Positions 33,105-41,148 of a stretch of DNA of 48,231 nucleotides are shown here, piece by piece (within the stretch, counting starts at the first letter, position 1; the number at the start of each line of letters is the position of its first letter). The stretch is taken from IMG/VR virus record IMGVR_UViG_3300029305_010146. One strand, written 5' to 3'. Under the pieces are notes generated by a model. That model was not told the DNA's origin. It made no database searches and worked only from the letters and a program-made list of their open reading frames with translations. The position numbers and the translations under genes are program-made. Origin of the DNA: an uncultured virus (IMG/VR IMGVR_UViG_3300029305_010146) (taxonomy: Duplodnaviria > Heunggongvirae > Uroviricota > Caudoviricetes).

Positions 33105-35195
33105 ATGATTACTATTTTTGCAGAAAAACCAGACATGGCGCGACGAATCGCCAGTGCTATGTCTACAAGAATAACAAAACAACAACACCATATCGATGTC
33201 GAATATAATGGTGAAAAATATTGTGTAACTTGGGGTTATGGTCACCTTTGTGAATTATGTGAAGTGAAAGACTATACACCAGATTACAAATGGAACACAA
33301 CTAATTACCCTTTTTATCCCGATGAATTTAAATTAAAATTAAAGGCAGGTATAAACCCACAGCAAACAAAGACTAACAAGGAACATTTTGCTGAATTAAA
33401 GAAAATGTTTAATTCTTCCGATTATATTATTAATGCAACTGACGCCGACAGAGAAGGCGAGTTAATCTTTGCTTATGTATATGAATATATGAAATGCAAA
33501 ACACCTTGGAAGCGTTTGTGGTTGAATTCTACTGAAAATACAGCAATTCGTACTGCCTTATCAAAATTAAAGGACAGTAGAGAAATGTTGCCTCTGCAAA
33601 ATGCGGGCAGATGCCGTTCCGAAGCAGATTGGTTGATTGGTATCAATGCTACCGTACTTTCAACTTTGAGTTTTGGTGGATTTGGAAATATGATGAATGT
33701 TGGTCGTGTGCAAACACCAACTCTTGCTTTTTTAGTAAACAGAGAAAATGAAATTCGCAGTTTTATTTCGAAACCGTTTTGGACGGTAAAAGGTATTTTC
33801 GAAACCTTTAATAATGAAAAATACGAAGGTTCTCTAAAAAAACCAGAACGTTTTGACAGCAAAGAAGAAGCAGAACAATTTATCAGCAAACTCGATAAAA
33901 GTACTTCTTTTGTTGCAAAATGCGAAAAAGTGCCAGACCGCAAAAAACCCCCTCTTTTATTTGACCTTAATGCTTTGCAAATGCAGGCAAACTCTGACTT
34001 TGGTTTTTCGGCACAAAAAACTCTCGATATTGCACAAAAACTTTACGAAATGCAATATATCACATATCCTAGAACAACATCTAAATACTTACCAGAAGAC
34101 CTCAAAAATGAAGTTTATGGAGTTTTAGATAGCTTTGAGGGGGACTATGGAAAATGGGCATCAAAAATTAAGAGTAGAAGACAAACTGTATCAAAACCTT
34201 ATTTCGACAATTCCAAGGTTGAAAGTCACTATGCAATTATCCCAACTTCAAAGGTTCCCTCTGGGTTATCTTCCGATGAAGAAAAACTTTATGACATTAT
34301 TGCAAAAAGTTTGATTAGAATTTTTTATCCCGATGCAATTTTTAACAAAACAATAATAGAGACAGATGTGTCACATGAAATTTTTGTATCAAAAGGTTCT
34401 TCTTTACAAGAATTGGGTTGGATGGAAGTAGGATACAAAACAAAAGAAGATACAATTCTTCCAAATGTTTCTACAAACGAAAAGGTCAAAACATTGGAAA
34501 TTTCGATGACAGAAGGAAAAACTGAACCACCAAAAAGATATACAGACAAAACATTATTAAGCACTATGGAAACCGCTGGTAAATTTGTTGATTCGGAAGA
34601 ATTAAGACTTATGATGAAAGACTCTGGTCTCGGAACTCCCGCAACTCGTGCTGGTATTATAGAAAAATTAATCCGCTCTGGTTATGTTGAAAGAGATAAA
34701 AAAACACTTATTCCAACAGAAAAAGGAATTTTCTTAATTAAAAATCTCCCTTGCGAAGAATTAAAATCGCCAGAAATGACGGGTGCTTGGGAAAAAAGAA
34801 TCAATGATGTTGAAAAAGGAAAAGATAGTTTTGAATCTTTTATTACAGACATTAAAAAGCAAACGGATAAAATTTGCATCTCCATTACCGATAACAAAGT
34901 AAGTGACGAAGAGAAATTTACAACAAAAGACAATTCTTCGTTGGGAACTTGCCCACTTTGCGGTGGTGATGTCATAAAGAAATCATGGGGTTATGGTTGT
35001 GCCAATTATAATACAACAAAATGTTCGTTCTCAATTAGTAGTTCGATTTGTGGCAAGCGAATGACTGATACAATCGTCAAAAAATTGCTCTCTACTGGTT
35101 CTACTGGTAAAATTAGCGGTTTTAAATCAAAAGCAGGAAAATCTTTTTCCGCAACCATCAAACTTATTGATGGAAAAACTGAATTTGAATTTTAA
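33105..35195 (+). CDS. topB: DNA topoisomerase III (type IA) with C-terminal zinc ribbon and repeat
   Basis: AEKP, TWGYGHL, ATDADREGE, GRVQTPTL, ITYPRT (catalytic Tyr), HYAIIPT, GLGTPATRA, CPLC and GFKSKAGKSF. Confidence 0.93.
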   Translation: MITIFAEKPDMARRIASAMSTRITKQQHHIDVEYNGEKYCVTWGYGHLCELCEVKDYTPDYKWNTTNYPFYPDEFKLKLKAGINPQQTKTNKEHFAELKKMFNSSDYIINATDADREGELIFAYVYEYMKCKTPWKRLWLNSTENTAIRTALSKLKDSREMLPLQNAGRCRSEADWLIGINATVLSTLSFGGFGNMMNVGRVQTPTLAFLVNRENEIRSFISKPFWTVKGIFETFNNEKYEGSLKKPERFDSKEEAEQFISKLDKSTSFVAKCEKVPDRKKPPLLFDLNALQMQANSDFGFSAQKTLDIAQKLYEMQYITYPRTTSKYLPEDLKNEVYGVLDSFEGDYGKWASKIKSRRQTVSKPYFDNSKVESHYAIIPTSKVPSGLSSDEEKLYDIIAKSLIRIFYPDAIFNKTIIETDVSHEIFVSKGSSLQELGWMEVGYKTKEDTILPNVSTNEKVKTLEISMTEGKTEPPKRYTDKTLLSTMETAGKFVDSEELRLMMKDSGLGTPATRAGIIEKLIRSGYVERDKKTLIPTEKGIFLIKNLPCEELKSPEMTGAWEKRINDVEKGKDSFESFITDIKKQTDKICISITDNKVSDEEKFTTKDNSSLGTCPLCGGDVIKKSWGYGCANYNTTKCSFSISSSICGKRMTDTIVKKLLSTGSTGKISGFKSKAGKSFSATIKLIDGKTEFEF

Positions 35196-35210
35196 TTTCA
35201 AGAAAACCTA

Positions 35211-35239
35211 TTGACAAAGTTAAAAATATATGTTATAAT
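35211..35239 (+). promoter_or_regulatory. Consensus extended sigma-A promoter
   Basis: TTGACA-17 nt-TATAAT with TG. Confidence 0.8.
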
Positions 35240-35284
35240 AAAGTAAAAAAGAAAGTATATTTTATTATAGGAGGCGAAAAATCA

Positions 35285-35464
35285 ATGAAAAGTGCTTTAT
35301 TCTTTATTCTATTTTTTGTAAATGCACTATGCGGTTTTTATTTTAGAAACCCTATCGCATTTGGTTTTTCCATTTTAGCATTAGCAGTCTCCATCCTTTT
35401 TGCAAGCAGAACTCGTGTTGAAGAAGAGGACAGAGAAGAGGAAGAATTAGAAACTGAAAAATAA
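35285..35464 (+). CDS. 59-aa two-TM microprotein with acidic tail (absent from the ORF track)
   Basis: AGGAGG RBS and own promoter; translation MKSALFFILFFVNALCGFYFRNPIAFGFSILALAVSILFASRTRVEEEDREEEELETEK. Confidence 0.75.
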   Translation: MKSALFFILFFVNALCGFYFRNPIAFGFSILALAVSILFASRTRVEEEDREEEELETEK

Positions 35465-35496
35465 TACAATAAAGTCAATTTATATCACTCATGCAA

Positions 35497-35527
35497 AGAG
35501 CGGAGTGTCTCTTTGACACTCCGCTCT
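35497..35527. terminator. Strong stem-loop without T tail
   Basis: AGAGCGGAGTGTC-TCTTT-GACACTCCGCTCT. Confidence 0.55.
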
Positions 35528-35580
35528 AATAATAGACTTTTTAATAACTTTCTTTTATAAAAACAAAGGAGTTGTTATTT

Positions 35581-35898
35581 ATGGCAGAAATCATTACAAA
35601 ATGCCCCTGTTGTGGTGGCGACATTGTAGAATCCGATAAAGCATTCGGATGTGCTAATTGGAACAATAAAGAAAAGCCTTGTGACTTTACTATATGGAAA
35701 ACAATTAGTAAGAAAAAAATCAAAAAAGAACAAGCTATTGATATTTGCACAAAAGGCAGAAGTTTGCTAATCGAGGGTTTTACGAGTAAAGCTGGAAAAC
35801 CTTTTTCCGCTTTCCTTGTCATTACTGATGACGAAACTAAAAAATGTGGAAAACGAATTTCATTTGAATTCCCCGAAAGAAAAACGGAGGGCGAATAA
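35581..35898 (+). CDS. Stand-alone topoisomerase IA C-terminal zinc-ribbon/repeat protein
   Basis: CPCCGGDIV...FGCANW...CDFTIWK...GFTSKAGKPFSAFL...FEF; parallels the last ~85 aa of the neighbouring TopB. Confidence 0.8.
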   Translation: MAEIITKCPCCGGDIVESDKAFGCANWNNKEKPCDFTIWKTISKKKIKKEQAIDICTKGRSLLIEGFTSKAGKPFSAFLVITDDETKKCGKRISFEFPERKTEGE

Positions 35899-35899
35899 T

Positions 35900-36493
35900 A
35901 TGAATGAAACTATGGAAGTTTATTTAGAAGTTCTCGAAGGTGGGTCTTGGCCAAAGAATTTTTTCTCGTCCACCACAAAAGACCGTCGTATTAAAGAAGT
36001 TTTAAAGATTGCATTTGATAAAAACGGAATAAATAGTGCAGAAGAAGCGTTTAAGGTTGTTAACAAAGATTTCGTTGAACAAAATAAATTAGAAATTATC
36101 ATAAAAACTTATGGAAAAGTACCAGAAATGCTTCCAGATTGCTATGATTACTTGGTTTGGATTATTTATCCAGAAAGTAAACCAGACTTTGAGACACTCG
36201 TTCTCAAGGTATATTCTGATGTTTTAGAGGGAAGAAGAAAAACTTTCCCCACTGGTTATTTCACAAATGGTGCAGATATCGAAAAGAAAGCGATTATTTG
36301 TTTCAAACATCTTTGCGAAGATATTCTCAAACTCAACGATGAACAAATTTTAGAAACTTTTGGAAACTCAAAGGGCATTAAGGTTTTACAGCAATACAAA
36401 TTAAAAATCCTTGTAGATATTGTTTATGAATCCTTATCTCAATTATTACTCAATACATATCCAGATATTTATCAAAGTGCAAAGAAGAAATAA
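35900..36493 (+). CDS. DUF4046-like protein
   Basis: Two repeats: EVYLEVLEG..WPKNFF and KVYSDVLEGRRKTFPTGYF. ATG 35900 follows GGAGG. Confidence 0.6.
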   Translation: MNETMEVYLEVLEGGSWPKNFFSSTTKDRRIKEVLKIAFDKNGINSAEEAFKVVNKDFVEQNKLEIIIKTYGKVPEMLPDCYDYLVWIIYPESKPDFETLVLKVYSDVLEGRRKTFPTGYFTNGADIEKKAIICFKHLCEDILKLNDEQILETFGNSKGIKVLQQYKLKILVDIVYESLSQLLLNTYPDIYQSAKKK

Positions 36494-36495
36494 TT

Positions 36496-36526
36496 AAAAA
36501 GGAATCAACTTTGTTGATTCCTTTTT
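36496..36526 (+). terminator. Rho-independent terminator
   Basis: AAAAAGGAATCAAC-TTT-GTTGATTCCTTTTT. Confidence 0.85.
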
Positions 36527-36529
36527 CTC

Positions 36530-36558
36530 TTGACAAAACTTCTTTTTTATCATATACT
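36530..36558 (+). promoter_or_regulatory. sigma-A promoter
   Basis: TTGACA-17 nt-TATACT. Confidence 0.7.
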
Positions 36559-36596
36559 AATAAATACAAAATAGCATATAAAGGTAGGTGCACAAA

Positions 36597-37352
36597 ATGA
36601 GTGTTGTTTCACACTTAATTTCTAATGTAGGTATTTTACCTGCTGAAAATGACCAAAAAAATGAAGATTTCGCTTCCGCATGGGAAAGGGAAGGAACAAT
36701 TTTTCAGTTAGTAGCAGACGGCAATGGTGCAACTGATGATTACAACCCAGCAAGTTTTTGTGCTAACGAAATCCGTCGTTTTTGCGATTTATATTTTAAA
36801 AATGTAACGAATATTACAGAGGCACAAAGAATTGTCGGTTCTGCAGTTTATACTGCAAACAGGGTTCTTTTAGCATATAAAAAGGCAAATGGTGAAAAAT
36901 ATACTAATGATAAGTTTACGACATTAACCATGTCTGCTATTCTACCGAATAATCAATTTGTCTTCGCACATTGCGGAAATTCCCGTCTTTATTTGGTAAG
37001 AAATGAACGCATTGTACAATTAACTAAAGACCACACAGAGGCACAAAGATTATGTGATGAGGGAAAACTTAAAAAAGAAGAAGTTGCTTTACACCCAGAT
37101 AATTCCATTTTATCTTCTGCACTTGGTTTTGAAACTCCAAGAATAGATGTTATGTCAGGCACATTGCAAAAGGGCGATATTGTTGTATTATTAACTGATG
37201 GTGTACACAATGTCATCAATCTTGACCAATTGCACGACATCATCTTCCAAACAGGCAACTGTAAAGATGCTTGTGACGGAGTTGTGCAAGTTGTTAATGC
37301 CTTGGGTGCTCCCGATAATTTTTCCGCTATTTTTTCTTTTGTCACTGCCTAA
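36597..37352 (+). CDS. PP2C/PPM-family Ser/Thr protein phosphatase (PrpC/Stp1-like)
   Basis: KNED, VADGNG, TTL, HCGNSRLY, LTKDHT, LLTDG and DNFS motifs. Confidence 0.88.
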   Translation: MSVVSHLISNVGILPAENDQKNEDFASAWEREGTIFQLVADGNGATDDYNPASFCANEIRRFCDLYFKNVTNITEAQRIVGSAVYTANRVLLAYKKANGEKYTNDKFTTLTMSAILPNNQFVFAHCGNSRLYLVRNERIVQLTKDHTEAQRLCDEGKLKKEEVALHPDNSILSSALGFETPRIDVMSGTLQKGDIVVLLTDGVHNVINLDQLHDIIFQTGNCKDACDGVVQVVNALGAPDNFSAIFSFVTA

Positions 37353-37365
37353 CTTCCACAAAAAT

Positions 37366-37404
37366 AAAACCCAAACAACCAAGTTGTTTGGGTTTTTCTT
37401 TTTT
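37366..37404. terminator. Bidirectional terminator
   Basis: AAAACCCAAACAAC-CAA-GTTGTTTGGGTTTT. Confidence 0.8.
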
Positions 37405-37943
37405 TAGGTAGCAAAAGTTTGCGATTTTCTATTATATTCATTTTCTCGTGTTCTTGCATCCATGATTTTCTTTAAACCTTCATAGACTTTATCTGCTCTT
37501 GTAATAGTTTCTTTTAGATTAAGATATATTTGTTTATTTAGGACTTCTATAATCCTATCATTTGTGAAAGATGCTTCTGCTCGTTTCATTTTTTCACGAG
37601 CATCGCCTTTTTCACCTTTTAATTCCTGAATTTTTTCAACAACTTTTTCATTTGTTATTAATTCGTCTATTTCGCTCTGCAAACCAAAGTCATTGATTTT
37701 TCCTTGAAGAAAATAGCATAATGCTGGAATCCTTAATGCCAGCACTTCCATCGTTGCAAAATCCATATTCAAATTATTACTTTCCGTCGTCTTCTTTATA
37801 ATCGCATCTACACAAACATCTAATTCTTTTGTAATTTGTTTCGATATCTTATTTGCTGCTTCTATAATTTCTTTTGTATAAGTTGCATGTGCTTTATATA
37901 TCTCGTTAAAAACTTGTTTTTCCTGTTCGGTCATATTATTCAC
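37404..37943 (-). CDS. All-helical hypothetical protein
   Basis: 179-aa ORF with its own promoter; no family recognised. Confidence 0.7.
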   Translation of the reverse strand: MNNMTEQEKQVFNEIYKAHATYTKEIIEAANKISKQITKELDVCVDAIIKKTTESNNLNMDFATMEVLALRIPALCYFLQGKINDFGLQSEIDELITNEKVVEKIQELKGEKGDAREKMKRAEASFTNDRIIEVLNKQIYLNLKETITRADKVYEGLKKIMDARTRENEYNRKSQTFAT

Positions 37944-37955
37944 CTCTTGCTTTAT

Positions 37956-37984
37956 ATTTTATCACAGAACCGAATGTTTGTCAA
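37956..37984 (-). promoter_or_regulatory. sigma-A promoter
   Basis: Minus strand TTGACA-17 nt-TAAAAT. Confidence 0.7.
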
Positions 37985-38110
37985 CCTTTTTCTTGCATTT
38001 TTTAAATTTTAAAATTATCATATAATTGGTTTTTTTATTAAGTTTATGTAGGAGTTTTTCCTTACACACACTTACTAAAAGAATACACATTACATAAGGA
38101 GGAAAGAATC

Positions 38111-38368
38111 ATGAAAGATTTTTTCAAAAACATGACCACTAAAAAACTTCTTCTGCTCATTTGGGACCTGATTTGGATTTTTGCAATCTTTATGCTTGCA
38201 AGAGCCATTAGTTTGTCTCTTTTTGGTAGAGAAGGAATGATGGTGTTCATGGGATTTTTGGCATTTGTCATGATGCTTGGTAGATTTGCTGGCATGGCCG
38301 CTCTTTTCAAGAAAAATGACGAAGATGACAAGGAAGATAAAAAAAAGAAAAAAGGTGGTAGTAAGTAA
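38111..38368 (+). CDS. Small two-TM membrane protein with charged tail
   Basis: AAGGAGG RBS; two hydrophobic helices. Confidence 0.75.
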   Translation: MKDFFKNMTTKKLLLLIWDLIWIFAIFMLARAISLSLFGREGMMVFMGFLAFVMMLGRFAGMAALFKKNDEDDKEDKKKKKGGSK

Positions 38369-38374
38369 AACACA

Positions 38375-38400
38375 AAGAGAGACCCTTGCTGGTCTCTCTT
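38375..38400 (+). terminator. Terminator hairpin
   Basis: AAGAGAGACC-CTTGCT-GGTCTCTCTT. Confidence 0.75.
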
Positions 38401-38430
38401 CGTGTTTTTAAAATATTTTTTATTTTACTG

Positions 38431-38459
38431 TTGACATAGCAATAATAATATGTTATAAT
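38431..38459 (+). promoter_or_regulatory. Consensus extended sigma-A promoter
   Basis: TTGACA-17 nt-TATAAT with TG. Confidence 0.8.
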
Positions 38460-38554
38460 AACCATACAAAGAAATTTTAATTTCTTGAAACATTTTTACA
38501 TTAATAATAATATAAACTATATCACTATGTGATAAAAATGAAGGAGGTTATTAA

Positions 38555-39379
38555 ATGAACAAATTTGACGCAACCATTAAGAAAAGACAGAACGGTGACG
38601 AGTATCTCGAACTGGTATTCAATAACCAGACCTATGAATTCGAGCAGGGTGCCGATTATGTCAGAAACGAAAAAGACAACAACATTGTTGCTCTGACTTA
38701 TGCTGGCATTATCAAAATTGCTAATCAAGAGGGTGTTACCTTCGAGACAAAGGATTGGATTAAGTTGGCATACAATCACATTACAATTCGTGTTGTCGCT
38801 ACTCGCAAAGATGGCCTGTTTCGTGAAGCTGTTGTCGGAAGAAATAAGGACAATATGCAGAGTGATGGTAAGGGCGACGAAGATACCGCTGCACATAAGA
38901 AGGCATGTGTTGAAGCATTTCTCGCATTGTACGGCATCGCATCTTCTCGTTTTAACCTTACCAGTGGCAAAACCGAACCTAAAAAAAGCGGTACGGGTAT
39001 TAACATGAATGCTATTGATAATAGCATAAATGCTGATGAAAACGAAGACATTGTCCCCGAAACCCCTGTGGTTTCCAACACTCCGCCTTCCAATGCTACC
39101 ACTGTTGCATCCGAAAATGAAAATAACGACGACGAACTCGCTAAACATGCCGAAGTTGTTATGCCTTTTGGTGAATATCGTGGCAAGAAAATTTTTGAAG
39201 TGCTGGAGGCAGATACTGACAATAAAGCACTTGAATATTTTTCTCGCCTTTTCTTCAAAAATCAGGCAATTAAGGGAAATAAAGCGGTTTATGGTGCTAT
39301 CTTCGCTTATTATGAGAAGAATGGTGCAACCGATGCCCAGAAGGAGAAGCTCACTTCTATTCGCAACTCCATTTCCTAA
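38555..39379 (+). CDS. Hypothetical protein, possibly a Rad52/Sak/ERF-like single-strand annealing protein with a C-terminal MPFG-x-Y-x-G module
   Basis: LTYAGIIKIA and AHKKACVEAFLALYGI resemble phage annealing-protein motifs; VMPFGEYRGKKIFEV at the C-terminus. The CDS itself is solid; the function is tentative. Confidence 0.45.
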   Translation: MNKFDATIKKRQNGDEYLELVFNNQTYEFEQGADYVRNEKDNNIVALTYAGIIKIANQEGVTFETKDWIKLAYNHITIRVVATRKDGLFREAVVGRNKDNMQSDGKGDEDTAAHKKACVEAFLALYGIASSRFNLTSGKTEPKKSGTGINMNAIDNSINADENEDIVPETPVVSNTPPSNATTVASENENNDDELAKHAEVVMPFGEYRGKKIFEVLEADTDNKALEYFSRLFFKNQAIKGNKAVYGAIFAYYEKNGATDAQKEKLTSIRNSIS

Positions 39380-39383
39380 CCAC

Positions 39384-39415
39384 AAAAGATGGAACAGCAA
39401 TGTTCCATCTTTTTT
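39384..39415 (+). terminator. Rho-independent terminator
   Basis: AAAAGATGGAACA-GCAA-TGTTCCATCTTTT. Confidence 0.85.
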
Positions 39416-39416
39416 C

Positions 39417-39445
39417 TTGAAACTTTTGGGGCAATATGATACAAT
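39417..39445 (+). promoter_or_regulatory. Extended sigma-A promoter of the AAA-VWA operon
   Basis: TTGAAA-17 nt-TACAAT with TG. Confidence 0.65.
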
Positions 39446-39489
39446 GTTGATAACGGTATTTTACCATAAATTTAAGGAGGAATATAATC

Positions 39490-41124
39490 ATGGCAAATTT
39501 AAGACCCGACTACAAAACCCGTTGTTACAAGCACACTCGTTACTCTCAAAGTGTTCTGAAGTTTTCGTTCACTGAAGAGGTATCGACCACTTCCAAGTTT
39601 AACTCCACTGGTCATGGTGTTAAACCTGCTTCCGCACACGGGTGGGCACTCATCCACATGTTGTTCAATGAAGAGAGACATATCGGTATCGCTAAATGCG
39701 ATGCTCGCAATGAACTTCTCCTCGAAATCAAGTCGTCTCACACCGACACTCGCAAGTTGTTAATCTTTAATTACAAAGACAATACTCTTGCCTGTGGCGC
39801 TCTGAACGAAAACGACGAATGGGCAGATAAGCAGGAAGTGTCTGCCGAATACGTTGCTACATTACACCTCGCATATCTGATTTACTCCGATAGCGATGTG
39901 TCTTCGAAGTGGCGTGACACCCAGACCGAATTTGTTCAGAAGAACAAAAAACAGCGAATTACCGATAGCATTGGACCTGCATACTTACTGGATGCACTTT
40001 ACTTCAGCATTGATAAGGTCTTCCCGAACTTTGACATGGAAACTGGCATCATCCCCATTGATGACAGTACCAGTAAGAATGGTTTTGAAGACATTACCAA
40101 TGAAATCCTTGGTTTTTCTGGCGAATTCCACTTTGCCACAATTACCAGTAGTAAAAAGGTTACCAATGCCAAGAATTCTAAACCGTCCCTTGAATCTCTC
40201 AAGGCACAGTATGGTCATTTGACCGCAGAATTCTTTGCAGGTCTTTCTGATGTTCAGAAGGCACTCATTCCCAAACTCGAAGGTACGAGACTGGAAAATT
40301 ACATCGTCACCGATGAATTTACTCGTGATATTGCTTATATTGCGAATGCCATTGAGGAAAAGGATATGTATGGCATGTCCGAAATTCTCGTAGGACCTCC
40401 TGGTCTTGGCAAGTCTCTCGCCGCCTATGCCACTGCATACATCTTTAACTGGCCTCTGTACTATATTCAGGGCAACAAGGATGTTACTGCTGCCGACTTC
40501 ATCGGTGCTCCTATTGCAGACAACGGCGTGCTTCGTACCGACACAGACACTCCTTTACTCAAGGCAATGAGAGATGGCGGTTTGTGTTTGCTTGATGACT
40601 TCACCTATATTAACGAAGGTTATACCACTACTCTTTTGAGTGTATTCGACAATCCGTTTTCCATTAAGGCTGCCGACGAAACCATTATTAACCGTCATCC
40701 GATGTGTTTCATGTTCGTCACCGCAAACCCTGATTGCTACGGTTCGAGGCCTATGAACGAAGCAATTCGTTCTCGTGGTTACATCTTCCACAATAAGTGT
40801 CGTGAAGATATCACTGCTGACCAAATTATTGACATGGTTATGGATGCTTCCAAGTATCCTATCCGCAAGGATGTAGAAACTATGTTTACTTGCTATGAAC
40901 TCATTTGCAATGATGTGAAGGGCAATTCTTCTATGATGGGTTTGGCTGTTGAACCTTGTATCAGAAACCTTATCCACTGGGCAAAGCAGGCTCGTGTTCT
41001 CAAGAACCCTCTGCTTGCTGCACTTGACAACATCATTCCTTCGCTTGGTGTATCCAGAGAAGAGGAAAGGAGAATCTATACGAGCATCCTTGTTCCTCGT
41101 TTCAATCAGAAATATTCCAAGTAA
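39490..41124 (+). CDS. MoxR/CbbQ/CobS-like AAA+ ATPase with long N-terminal extension
   Basis: GPPGLGKS, ADFIG, LLKAMRDG, LLDDF, TANP and MNEAIRSR. Confidence 0.85.
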   Translation: MANLRPDYKTRCYKHTRYSQSVLKFSFTEEVSTTSKFNSTGHGVKPASAHGWALIHMLFNEERHIGIAKCDARNELLLEIKSSHTDTRKLLIFNYKDNTLACGALNENDEWADKQEVSAEYVATLHLAYLIYSDSDVSSKWRDTQTEFVQKNKKQRITDSIGPAYLLDALYFSIDKVFPNFDMETGIIPIDDSTSKNGFEDITNEILGFSGEFHFATITSSKKVTNAKNSKPSLESLKAQYGHLTAEFFAGLSDVQKALIPKLEGTRLENYIVTDEFTRDIAYIANAIEEKDMYGMSEILVGPPGLGKSLAAYATAYIFNWPLYYIQGNKDVTAADFIGAPIADNGVLRTDTDTPLLKAMRDGGLCLLDDFTYINEGYTTTLLSVFDNPFSIKAADETIINRHPMCFMFVTANPDCYGSRPMNEAIRSRGYIFHNKCREDITADQIIDMVMDASKYPIRKDVETMFTCYELICNDVKGNSSMMGLAVEPCIRNLIHWAKQARVLKNPLLAALDNIIPSLGVSREEERRIYTSILVPRFNQKYSK

Positions 41125-41148
41125 GAGGAAAATTCAGGAGGAGAAATT

